Assembly (NCBI GenBank): GCA_050951545.1
Contig: JBMNJG010000007.1
Span: 448,001-512,000, forward strand
Direction of reading: 5' to 3'
DNA length: 64,000 bases
Origin: Limnochordia bacterium
Lineage (GTDB): Bacteria > Bacillota > Limnochordia > DTU080
Positions 37,602-46,465 of the stretch are shown piece by piece. The position numbers and the translations under genes were made by a program. Position 1 is the first letter of the stretch, and each line of letters opens with the position of its first letter. Under the pieces are notes generated by a model. It did not search any database. It had not been told where the DNA came from and saw nothing but the letters and a program-made list of their open reading frames with translations.

Positions 37602-37799
37602 TTCCTACCAGTGATCTCTCAAGTCACGCTATCTCGATCGGAACTGAAATGAGAAAAGGTCGGCATCTCGCATCACGAATCGTAGCCTCATGAAGGCGAA
37701 ACAGCTGAGAAGGAACCTGCATGCGATCAGGGGAATGAGATTCCGCGGAAGGCGAAGTGTCTGCAGATTTCGGGATAGCATCTTTCTCATGAAGGGAGA

Positions 37800-39284
37800 T
37801 TGACCAGCGTGGATTCTTCACATGGTTCCGATAAGCCACGACTAGAGGAAGGCGAACTCTATGTGGGTTGGAGCGAAAGAAGCATCACGCCCGACAGACC
37901 AGTAATGTTGCAGGGCCAATTTCATCAGAGAATCTCAAAGTATGTGCAGTCCGAGCTAGTGGTCACGGTACTGGCGTTGGAGACCAGGGATGGCTCGGGA
38001 GGCACTCTGGAGCAGATGATGATTGGTGCCTGCGATCTCTGCAACATTCCCGCGGAGCTTCTTGTGGAAGTGAGAAGCAAGCTCAGAGGTCAACTGTCAG
38101 GCTTCTGCGTGGACAAGCTGTTTCTCAATGCGACGCACACCCATACGGCGCCGATAAAGACGGAGGCCGAGGTGGTAGCCGGAAGCCTCATATACAGGTA
38201 CATTCCCAAGGAGATGCAGCCTGCGGCCGAGCCTGTAGATGGCGAGGTGATGTCTCCTCAAGAGTACAGTGAGCTTCTGGTCGAGCGCCTGTGCGAAGCT
38301 TTCATTGAGGCCTGGGAGAAACGGGCGCCGGGGTCTGCCAATTGGCAGTTAGGCCATGCTGTCGTGGGGCATAACAGGCGCCTGGTCTATGATGACGGCA
38401 GTGCTCAGATGTACGGCTCGAGTGACACCATCAATTTCGACTGCATCGAGGGCCCCAGCGATCACGGTGTGGAGCTGCTGTATCTCTGGGACAAAACTGA
38501 GCGACTCTCGGGTGTCGTGGTCAATGTCGCCTGTCCATCGCAGGTAGTGGAAGGGCATAGCTTCATCTCATCCGACTACTGGGGCGAGGTAAGAAAGCAG
38601 CTCAAGGAGCATTTCCCAGACCCGCTTTTCGTTTTGCCGATGTGTGGTGCTGCAGGTGACCAATCGCCAAGGGATTTGGTGAGGCGGCGCCGGGGGGAGC
38701 CCAGCATGCACAACGTGGAGGGCGCCATCGAGTTGGGGGCTCGTATCACAGCTGCCGTAGTCGGCAAGCACGCTGCAGCGGCAGAGGAGAAAAGGTCAAG
38801 GCTGAGATTCGGACATCTGGTGGTGCGCATGGATTTGCCGTTACGCACGGTCTCCAGACAGGAGCATGACGAGGCTCAGGCCAAATTCCAGGCTATTCTC
38901 GCCACGAAGAAGCCCGGAGAGCGACTGGAGACCAGGGATATCGTCAAGCTGTTCACTCCCGGGGGAGTAATGGCTAGATATGAAGACCAGCAGAAGACGT
39001 CCTTCTACTCGCCCGAGATCCATGTGATTCGGCTAGGCGAGATCGCCATAGCCAGCAATCCCTTTGAGCTGTTCTTAGATTACGGTCTGAGAATGAAAGC
39101 GCGTAGCCGAGCTGCGCAGACTTTCCTTGTCCAGCTGGCCTGCGAGAAAGGGAGGTATCTTCCTACTGAGAAAGCTGCCGCAGGTGGTGGCTACAGCGCT
39201 ATTGTGGCCAGCAACCTGGTGGGTCCCGAGGGAGGTAGACTGCTGGTTGAGCAGACGGTCGGTCTGATCAACAGCCTGTTCTAG
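37800..39284 (+). CDS. Neutral/alkaline ceramidase-like amidohydrolase
   Basis: ITPD..L.GQF, NATHTHTAP, GHNRR, ISSDYWG, GAAGDQSP and NPFELF..YG..YLPT..GGYS. Confidence 0.8.
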   Translation: MTSVDSSHGSDKPRLEEGELYVGWSERSITPDRPVMLQGQFHQRISKYVQSELVVTVLALETRDGSGGTLEQMMIGACDLCNIPAELLVEVRSKLRGQLSGFCVDKLFLNATHTHTAPIKTEAEVVAGSLIYRYIPKEMQPAAEPVDGEVMSPQEYSELLVERLCEAFIEAWEKRAPGSANWQLGHAVVGHNRRLVYDDGSAQMYGSSDTINFDCIEGPSDHGVELLYLWDKTERLSGVVVNVACPSQVVEGHSFISSDYWGEVRKQLKEHFPDPLFVLPMCGAAGDQSPRDLVRRRRGEPSMHNVEGAIELGARITAAVVGKHAAAAEEKRSRLRFGHLVVRMDLPLRTVSRQEHDEAQAKFQAILATKKPGERLETRDIVKLFTPGGVMARYEDQQKTSFYSPEIHVIRLGEIAIASNPFELFLDYGLRMKARSRAAQTFLVQLACEKGRYLPTEKAAAGGGYSAIVASNLVGPEGGRLLVEQTVGLINSLF

Positions 39285-39308
39285 ACTAGAAATGGAGGCA
39301 TCGACGCT

Positions 39309-40571
39309 ATGGGAGATAAGCTAGCCATACGTGGAGGTACACGGCTGATTCCCGAGGGAACCATCAAGAAGTGGCCGCCTGTTGACGAAACTGACAGGCA
39401 GCTGGTGCTTGGCGCGCTGGCTGCTCCGAGCCATACCTTCAGCACCAATTGCTATGCGTTCCAAGATGAGTTTGCAGCCTGGAACGGCAATAAGTATGCG
39501 GTCACCACGAACTCGGGCACGGCGGCAATGCACATGTGTCTGGTCGCCTGTGACTGTGGAACAGGTGACGAGGTGATAGTCCCCGCTTACACGTGGTCCT
39601 CGTCAGCTACGTGCGTGATGCAGCACAACAGTATCCCGGTCTTTGTAGACATCGACTTTGATACTATGAATATCGATCCGGACAAGATCGAACAGGCGAT
39701 TACTCCCAAGACGAAGGCCATCATTGTGGTGCATCTGCATGGCCTCCCTGCAGACATGGACCGGATCATGGCCATTGCCGAGAAGCATAACCTGAAGGTC
39801 ATTGAGGATGCCTGCCAGGCTCATGGCGCCAAATACAAGGGCCAGAAGGTAGGCACCATCGGGCACTGCGCGGCTTTCAGCTTCAACCAAAACAAGTGCC
39901 TCAGCGCGGGTGAAGGTGGCATGTTCGTCACTGCGTCAGAGGAGATGCTGGCTAAGGCCAGGGCCTTGTGGTCCTTCGGCGAGAGCTTTCAAGATATGGC
40001 AAAAAGGGACTACCATGTGTACTCCATGGGCTGGATGTATAGGAACTCCGAGCTGAACGCGGCTTTTGGCAGAGCGCAGCTCAAGAAGCTAGATGGCTAC
40101 TTGGCCTATCAGGAAGAGAGTACACAGCTTCTCACGGAATTGCTGGCGGATGTGCCGCATCTGATCCTGCCGACAGCTCCTGAAGGGTACGAAACCAACG
40201 GGTACAACTATACGATTCGCTTTGATATGAAGGCCTTGGGTCACGAACACGACGCTAGCGCCTTTCGTTACAAGATCATCGAGGCTCTCAAGGCAGAGGG
40301 CGTAGAGACTGGAGTATGGCAGCGCTTCATTTTGCCAGCCATGGCTGTGTTTCAGGCGAAGAACGGCTATGGGAAGGGCTGTCCCTGGCAGTGCCCCAAT
40401 GCTCAGCCGGTCGATTATTCCCTTGAGCAGTATCCCATGGCGCAAAAACACTGCGACACACACACTGGCATGACTACGCCCTTGCGGCTACCCAATGATC
40501 TGGACACCGTGAGACTGGTGGCAGAAGCGTTTCGCAAGGTGATGGGCAATATCGAGCAGCTTGAGCAGTGA
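39309..40571 (+). CDS. DegT/DnrJ/EryC1/StrS PLP-dependent sugar aminotransferase
   Basis: NSGTAAMH, GDEVIVP, IEDACQAHGA and FSFNQNKCLSAGEGG. Confidence 0.95.
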   Translation: MGDKLAIRGGTRLIPEGTIKKWPPVDETDRQLVLGALAAPSHTFSTNCYAFQDEFAAWNGNKYAVTTNSGTAAMHMCLVACDCGTGDEVIVPAYTWSSSATCVMQHNSIPVFVDIDFDTMNIDPDKIEQAITPKTKAIIVVHLHGLPADMDRIMAIAEKHNLKVIEDACQAHGAKYKGQKVGTIGHCAAFSFNQNKCLSAGEGGMFVTASEEMLAKARALWSFGESFQDMAKRDYHVYSMGWMYRNSELNAAFGRAQLKKLDGYLAYQEESTQLLTELLADVPHLILPTAPEGYETNGYNYTIRFDMKALGHEHDASAFRYKIIEALKAEGVETGVWQRFILPAMAVFQAKNGYGKGCPWQCPNAQPVDYSLEQYPMAQKHCDTHTGMTTPLRLPNDLDTVRLVAEAFRKVMGNIEQLEQ

Positions 40572-40583
40572 CGCTAAAAAGGG

Positions 40584-41423
40584 TTGGTGATGATGAAGAT
40601 CTCGCTGATGTCCTATACTCTAGCTCGTGGCAGCTGGGGGAAGAACCCGGATCTCGAGGAGCTGTGCCGGCTGGCATGCTCACTGCATCTTGATGCGATC
40701 GACTGGGTTACGCTCTATGGTTTCACGCCTGAGCAAGTTGCGCAGGTAACAGCCGACCATGGCCTCAAGAACATCTGCTATACCTTCTTTGCCCCCATCC
40801 ATCATGCTCAGAAGAAAGCCGCGGCGATGGATCTGATCAAGCGTGGGCTAGACATTGCGAGCATATTGGGCGCGGACAAGATCATGCTCCCCCTATCGGG
40901 GGTGGAAGGCCAGACGAGGGAGTTCAGTCAGAAGCTGGCGCTAGAAGGCCTAGCAGAGGTCGTGCCTTTGGCCTCGGCGTACGGCGTCACCGTGACTGTG
41001 GAGCACTTCCATGGTCGGTCGGCTCCGTTTGTCACCTCCCAAGACATGGAGCAGGCCGTGACAGCGGTCCCAGGCCTGAAGATCACCTATGACAACGGCA
41101 ATGTCTATACATCTGGTGAGAGTCCCGCCGAGGCGTTTACTAAAATGAAAGAGCACATTGTGCACGCTCATTTCAAGGACTGGCGCGTGGTCACAGAAGG
41201 TACGCTCCAGGGCCTGGATGGCCGATACTATGCAGCTGCCTTGGTAGGTGAAGGCGCAGTTGAGCCCTTGCCCTGCTTACAGGCGATGTCGGCCGCAGGC
41301 TACGAAGGCTATATCAACATGGAGTACGAAGGGAAGGAATACGATCCAAAAGAGGCGGTTGTCCGCGGCACGAAGCACCTGCAGGGCCTGATCGCCTCGC
41401 TGAGTCAGGAGCGTGACAAGTAG
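40584..41423 (+). CDS. Sugar phosphate isomerase/epimerase (xylose-isomerase-like TIM barrel)
   Basis: TVEH, YDNGN, HAHFKD and GYEGYINMEYE metal-ligand pattern. Confidence 0.9.
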   Translation: MVMMKISLMSYTLARGSWGKNPDLEELCRLACSLHLDAIDWVTLYGFTPEQVAQVTADHGLKNICYTFFAPIHHAQKKAAAMDLIKRGLDIASILGADKIMLPLSGVEGQTREFSQKLALEGLAEVVPLASAYGVTVTVEHFHGRSAPFVTSQDMEQAVTAVPGLKITYDNGNVYTSGESPAEAFTKMKEHIVHAHFKDWRVVTEGTLQGLDGRYYAAALVGEGAVEPLPCLQAMSAAGYEGYINMEYEGKEYDPKEAVVRGTKHLQGLIASLSQERDK

Positions 41424-42382
41424 TGATCACACGTGGCGTGGTCTTGAATCCAACGGACCTTTCTTTCTCGGATTGGCCTGCGCGGGCCAAGGAGGCGGGG
41501 CTCACAACGATTGCTCTACATCATTCGCGTGAGGTTTCTCACGTGAGTGATTTCATGCAGCGAGAGGAGGGGCAGGCCTTCTTGGCCACATGTAGGGAAC
41601 TCGGACTCGAGGTCGAGTATGAGCTGCATGCCATGAAAGACCTTTTGCCAAGGGACCTGTTCGACAAGGAGAAGAGCCTGTTTCGGATGGCTGATGACGG
41701 CGAGCGGGTTCCCGACTTCAACCTCTGCGTGCACTCAGAGCGGGCATTGCAGATTGCGGCTGAAAACGCTGTCGCTATCAGTCGTCTGCTTCGTCCCACC
41801 ACCGGGAGATATTTCCTGTGGGGTGACGACGGTAGGCCGTGGTGTCGCTGTCCCCAATGCCGACACCTGTCTGATAGCGACCAAGCTCTGATCGTGGCCA
41901 ATTTCCTACTCGATGCTCTAAGAAAGGACGACGCAAAGGCACAGATAGCTCACTTGGCCTATCTGAACATGCTTGCACCGCCACAGCAGATCAAGCCGCA
42001 AGAGGGCGTTTTCCTGGAGTACGCCCCCATCAGACGGCGCTACGACATCCCGTACTCCGAGCAAGTCGGGAGCGATTACGCCAATGCGCTAGAGCTGTTG
42101 GACGCCAATCTGGCACTCTTTGAGCGTTCAAGTGCTCAGGTGCTTGAGTACTGGCTCGACGCGAGCCTCTTCACGAGATCGCAGAAGCCTCGCTCAGCGA
42201 CTGTGGTCAAGGTCCCCTGGCGCCCGGAGGTGTTTCTCAGCGACGTGGGCTTGTATGCAGAGCGTGGAATCCGGCACATTACGAGCTTTGCCTGCATGAT
42301 CGACGCTAGCTATGTGACGTTACATGGGGAGCCACCACTTCACGAGTATGGAACTGGTCTCATACGAAGGGGAAATGCGTAG
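41423..42382 (+). CDS. DUF4838-like protein (putative glycoside hydrolase-like)
   Basis: EYELHA, DDG..WCRCPQC, HLAY..P and LEYWLD. Confidence 0.7.
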   Translation: MITRGVVLNPTDLSFSDWPARAKEAGLTTIALHHSREVSHVSDFMQREEGQAFLATCRELGLEVEYELHAMKDLLPRDLFDKEKSLFRMADDGERVPDFNLCVHSERALQIAAENAVAISRLLRPTTGRYFLWGDDGRPWCRCPQCRHLSDSDQALIVANFLLDALRKDDAKAQIAHLAYLNMLAPPQQIKPQEGVFLEYAPIRRRYDIPYSEQVGSDYANALELLDANLALFERSSAQVLEYWLDASLFTRSQKPRSATVVKVPWRPEVFLSDVGLYAERGIRHITSFACMIDASYVTLHGEPPLHEYGTGLIRRGNA

Positions 42383-42431
42383 TAGGCCGCCGACGTCCCG
42401 CATAGCGCGTAACACGGTTTGCTGGGGGAAG

Positions 42432-42458
42432 CTGACGGCCCCGTTACGGGGCCGTCAG
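42432..42458. terminator. Perfect 13-bp inverted repeat between convergent genes
   Basis: CTGACGGCCCCGT-T-ACGGGGCCGTCAG. Confidence 0.75.
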
Positions 42459-42475
42459 TTCATGGGTGGGTGAAG

Positions 42476-43750
42476 CTACTTCTTAGCGCTGCGTTGCAGG
42501 TCGTCGACGATCGCCTGCTTCTGGATGTGCAGCTGCTCGAGGAACTGCCTTGCTGGGATCTTGCCCAGAATGACGTCGTTGACGTTGACCGAGCGTGCAC
42601 TCAGTTCTTGCGGCACCGCACCGTACTCGGGGGGCGGCAGGTAGTTGAGCGCATCAAAGATCACTTGGTAGTTCTTATCCCTCAGATTGGCGATGCCAGC
42701 ATAGGCGGGTTGAGCAGAGGTGAGGGCTGGCACGGTACCCACCAAGGCCATCATGTCTTCCATGTTTCGCCTGTTGATGAAAAGGAACTTACACCATTCC
42801 CAGGCCTCGTTGAGGTGCTTTGTGGAGGCCATAATGTTCGGGCCGTAGCCACCAGCACCAGATGCAATGGGGCCTTTGGGACCTGCGGGGAGCAGCGTCA
42901 TATCCCAGTCCCAGGTTACATTGCTGAGGTAGGATCCAATGATTCCCGTAGCATCTACGATGTCGATGCCCGTTTTGCCAGTCCAGAAGAAGTAGTCGTC
43001 ATGCCTGGCCACGCGCATCCAGGGGATAGTACCCTCTTCCCACAGACGCGCCACATACGAGAGGCCTTGCTCTACCTCTGGCGTGTTCCACAGACTCTTG
43101 ATAGCCTGACCGTTGCTGTCGTACTCGTAGAATCTGCCGCCTGCTTGGGCTACAGCTCGTCGCCAGTAGGCGTAACCGCGATCTACACCAAACGTTTCGG
43201 GTATGCCATCGCCATCCACGTCGCGGGTAAGCTTCTTGCCTAACTGTAGAACCGCATCCCAGTTGTACTCGCTACCCAGCTTATCAGGGGGTGTTACACC
43301 AGCCTCGAGGAACATGGTGCGGTTGAAGAAGCCGACGACACTGGCGATACCCTGGGGTACCTCATGAAGCGCGCCTTTCTGATCGCTCATGGCCTTGATC
43401 AGCCCGGGGTTGAACTGCCCGAGGAGCCCGTCCCTTTTCAGCAGCGGAATGATATCGACATAGTAGTCGGAAAAGGCCAAATAGTCGAAGTCGGGGAGAT
43501 CGTGAATGTCGGGATCGGCACCACCAGCGAGCATGGTCTTGAACTTCTCTTGGTTGCCGACGATGATCTCAACGTCGATGTTGGTCAGTTTCTTGAACTC
43601 TGCCGCTTTCTCCTCAAGGTATCTGAGGAAGGCGTCACCGTGGTAGACGTATGTCAGGTGGGTGACACTTACTGCAGAGACTACGGAGGCCGCGATGCCG
43701 ATCAGGGCCAGTGCCAACACAATAATCAGAGCTTTGGAGAAGCGGCTCAA
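42476..43750 (-). CDS. Sugar ABC transporter solute-binding protein
   Basis: Signal peptide ending VVSA; LAGGADPDI; FNRTMFLEAGV; DVDGDG loop; EAWEWCKFL. Start placed at TTG 43750, after AGGAGG. Confidence 0.92.
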   Translation of the reverse strand: MSRFSKALIIVLALALIGIAASVVSAVSVTHLTYVYHGDAFLRYLEEKAAEFKKLTNIDVEIIVGNQEKFKTMLAGGADPDIHDLPDFDYLAFSDYYVDIIPLLKRDGLLGQFNPGLIKAMSDQKGALHEVPQGIASVVGFFNRTMFLEAGVTPPDKLGSEYNWDAVLQLGKKLTRDVDGDGIPETFGVDRGYAYWRRAVAQAGGRFYEYDSNGQAIKSLWNTPEVEQGLSYVARLWEEGTIPWMRVARHDDYFFWTGKTGIDIVDATGIIGSYLSNVTWDWDMTLLPAGPKGPIASGAGGYGPNIMASTKHLNEAWEWCKFLFINRRNMEDMMALVGTVPALTSAQPAYAGIANLRDKNYQVIFDALNYLPPPEYGAVPQELSARSVNVNDVILGKIPARQFLEQLHIQKQAIVDDLQRSAKK

Positions 43751-43959
43751 AGGAAACCCTCCTATCTGTGAATACACGTGGTGACTTCCCAGAGGTGACA
43801 GGGGTAGGCTTCATGACGGCTTCGATCTGGATGGCTGGTTTGGCATCACCCCTTCAAGAAGCGATCGGCAAGACATGAGCACCTGAAGTATATTATGACG
43901 AAACACCTGAATTCCCTGCCGTATTGGAGGTATGGACGAAGGGGATCTACGGAGGGGAT

Positions 43960-45021
43960 CTATGGTAGGTTCATCACCGTCCCTGAGGCTGCTGACGCCA
44001 CCATGGACTCGAGGAGTCTGAGAGAATCTAGCACGCTCTCGGGGGTTACCGCCAAAGGGGCCCCGTGCAGCAAGGCTGCAGCGATATTCCGATAGTAGGC
44101 GAGGTAGTCCCCTGGAACGATCTGAAGCTTTGCTTCGGGAATATCGCTTTCGAAGTGGCAGCTCTCGTATGCGATGCAGGCCTGGTCACTGCCGGAGATG
44201 ACGACGTTGCGTTTGAGTTCAGCTTCCTGAGGGTCAAGGCCTTGGATGACAAGTGCGCCCTGCGAACCGCGTACGTACCAGCGTGGGCGATCAATCTTGG
44301 AGATACTGCCTACCTCCATGCGAAAACGCACACCCTCAGCAAAACGAATCCAGCACATTGCCGCACTCTCCACGTCAATTCCTGGCCAACGGTACTGGAA
44401 ATCGGCGTAAACCGAACGCATGTTACTGCCGAAGAGCTGTATGGCCTGGTCGAGCAGGTGCGCGCCCCAGTCACGAACGGCTCCACCTCCGTAGCGAGCC
44501 TGCATCCGCCAGGGCAAGTGGCTGCCAGCAGCAGGAGGTTTTCGGTAACCTACCACGCTCGATTCTATCACGTAGGGCTCGCCAAGCAGGCCCTGCTGCA
44601 GAACTGCTTTGACAGTGAGAAAGTCGCTATCCCAGCGCCGGTTGTGAAATACGCTGAGAAGGACGCTCGCTTGCTCAGCGGCTTTGACCATCGACTCCGC
44701 CTCGGCGACATTCAGGGCCATGATCTTGTCGACGACAACATGCTTACCCCTTCTGCAAGCTTGGATGGTTAGCGGAGCGTGTGTGGAATGGGGGGTGGAG
44801 ATCACCACCAGGTCGATGCGCTTGTCGGCCAGGAGAGCATCATAGTCATCGTAGATGCGGACGGCTGGAAAGTGTTGAAGTGCTTGCTGCTGGCGGTCGG
44901 GGTTTGTGCTTAGCACCGCCCTGATCTCCAAACCCTCTGTCTCACGGATAAGGGGCCCATGAAAGGCCCTGTTGCCAAAACCGTAGCCAATTAAGCCGAC
45001 CCCGACTGTTGCCATCACCAA
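43960..45021 (-). CDS. Gfo/Idh/MocA oxidoreductase (scyllo-inositol dehydrogenase IolW/YdgJ-like)
   Basis: VGLIGYG..FH.P, GKHVVVDK, VFHNRRWDSDF and DWGAHLLDQA. Confidence 0.93.
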   Translation of the reverse strand: MVMATVGVGLIGYGFGNRAFHGPLIRETEGLEIRAVLSTNPDRQQQALQHFPAVRIYDDYDALLADKRIDLVVISTPHSTHAPLTIQACRRGKHVVVDKIMALNVAEAESMVKAAEQASVLLSVFHNRRWDSDFLTVKAVLQQGLLGEPYVIESSVVGYRKPPAAGSHLPWRMQARYGGGAVRDWGAHLLDQAIQLFGSNMRSVYADFQYRWPGIDVESAAMCWIRFAEGVRFRMEVGSISKIDRPRWYVRGSQGALVIQGLDPQEAELKRNVVISGSDQACIAYESCHFESDIPEAKLQIVPGDYLAYYRNIAAALLHGAPLAVTPESVLDSLRLLESMVASAASGTVMNLP

Positions 45022-45160
45022 TACCTCCTAAGTGTGTGATCACCTCTTGGTTTCACCTGTGAATGGTCGAAATCCTGGAAGTACGCCTGGAAACAAGGTC
45101 TAGCGCGCATGACGACGAAAGAGTTGCCCATGATAGCGATAGTTCAGCGGAGGTGGCACT

Positions 45161-46441
45161 ATGGAGTTTCGTCGATCGCTCGAGCTCTTTTCCGAGGCAC
45201 GCCAGATTATCCCGGGCGGAAGTCAGACCAATAGCAAGCGCCCGCAAGCGTTTGCCTACGGGGTTTACCCGATCTATATTGGTCGGGGTCGTGGGTGTCG
45301 TGTGGAAGATGTCGATGGAAACACTTATATCGATCTGGTTGGGGCACTTGGACCCATCAACCTTGGTTACTGTTATCCGGCTGTCAACAAGGCTATTGAG
45401 GAGCAGTTGAGTCGGGGAATCGTCTCTGGGTTGCTCTTTCGGGCAGAGCTAGAGGCGGCGCGTCTACTCACAGAGATTGTGCCCAGCGCTGAGATGGTCC
45501 GCTTCTTCAAGGGAGGCGGGGAGGCCACGGCAGCTGCGGCGCGCATCGCCCGCAAACACACCGGGCGTGAGCTCATCCTCAATTGTGGCTATCGAGGATG
45601 GCCGGACGTGTGGACTGCAGCCCGCAACGATGGCGGAGTGCCCACCGCCCTCGAATCGTCTATCCGTTCGTTTCCCTTTGGTGACATAGCTGCTCTAGAG
45701 CAGTTGTTCGCTACCAACAAAGACAACGTAGCCGCAGTGTTTCTGGACATTCTCGCCAGGGAACCAGAACCAGGGTACCTGCAGGCAGTGATCGATCTGG
45801 CCCATGCCAACGGGGCTCTTTTCGTAATGGATGAGATCGTATCTGGGTTCCGGGTGGCTACGGGTGGGGCCCAGGAATACTTCGGAGTCGTGCCAGATAT
45901 GGCGTGTTTCGCCAAAGGTATAGCCAACGGGATGCCTCTGAGTACTGTGGTCGGCAGAGCAGACGTCATGCGCCAGGCAGAGGATCTGCTTATCTCCATC
46001 ACCTATGGTGGAGAGGCACTCTCCCTGGCCGCAGCTGTGGCCACCATGCGTGAGCTACGTGAGAAAAAGGTAACTGACTATCTGTGGGATATTGGCCGTA
46101 CTCTCATGGATGGGTTAGACAATGCCGCCGTGAAAAATGGTGTGCCGTTTGAGTGCTACGGTATACCACCGATGAGCCTCATGCGCTTTCGGGATGTGGA
46201 TGCGCAGGGTAACCAGCTCGTCTGGGGTTACTTCTTACAGGAGATGGCGGCACGTGGCGTTCTTTTGAGGCGGGGTGGTGTCAACTTCGTGTCTTACAGT
46301 CATCGACCTGAAGACATTGCCGAGGTAGTCGCTGCAGCAGACCAGGTCTTTGCTGAGTTGGCAAAGCTGTGGGGAACACCGAAGCTTGCCGAGCACGTAC
46401 GCATCCAGGACGTCAAGCTTGGCTTTCGCAGTTTCGCTTAG
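45161..46441 (+). CDS. Class III PLP aminotransferase (glutamate-1-semialdehyde aminomutase-like)
   Basis: IPGGSQTNSK, DVDGNTYID, DEIVSGFR and PDMACFAKGIANG. Confidence 0.92.
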   Translation: MEFRRSLELFSEARQIIPGGSQTNSKRPQAFAYGVYPIYIGRGRGCRVEDVDGNTYIDLVGALGPINLGYCYPAVNKAIEEQLSRGIVSGLLFRAELEAARLLTEIVPSAEMVRFFKGGGEATAAAARIARKHTGRELILNCGYRGWPDVWTAARNDGGVPTALESSIRSFPFGDIAALEQLFATNKDNVAAVFLDILAREPEPGYLQAVIDLAHANGALFVMDEIVSGFRVATGGAQEYFGVVPDMACFAKGIANGMPLSTVVGRADVMRQAEDLLISITYGGEALSLAAAVATMRELREKKVTDYLWDIGRTLMDGLDNAAVKNGVPFECYGIPPMSLMRFRDVDAQGNQLVWGYFLQEMAARGVLLRRGGVNFVSYSHRPEDIAEVVAAADQVFAELAKLWGTPKLAEHVRIQDVKLGFRSFA

Positions 46442-46465
46442 TCCATCGCCCAATCTGTCTTAGGG

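Noticed and set aside
43205-43225. DxDGDG loops in two SBPs (also ~61553-61571) as novel calcium sites
   Set aside because: This insertion is common in family 1 SBPs and is not unusual.
45161-46441. hemL (tetrapyrrole synthesis)
   Set aside because: It lacks the canonical PGGVNSPVR and SGTEA motifs, no hem genes are nearby, and the context is sugar metabolism.
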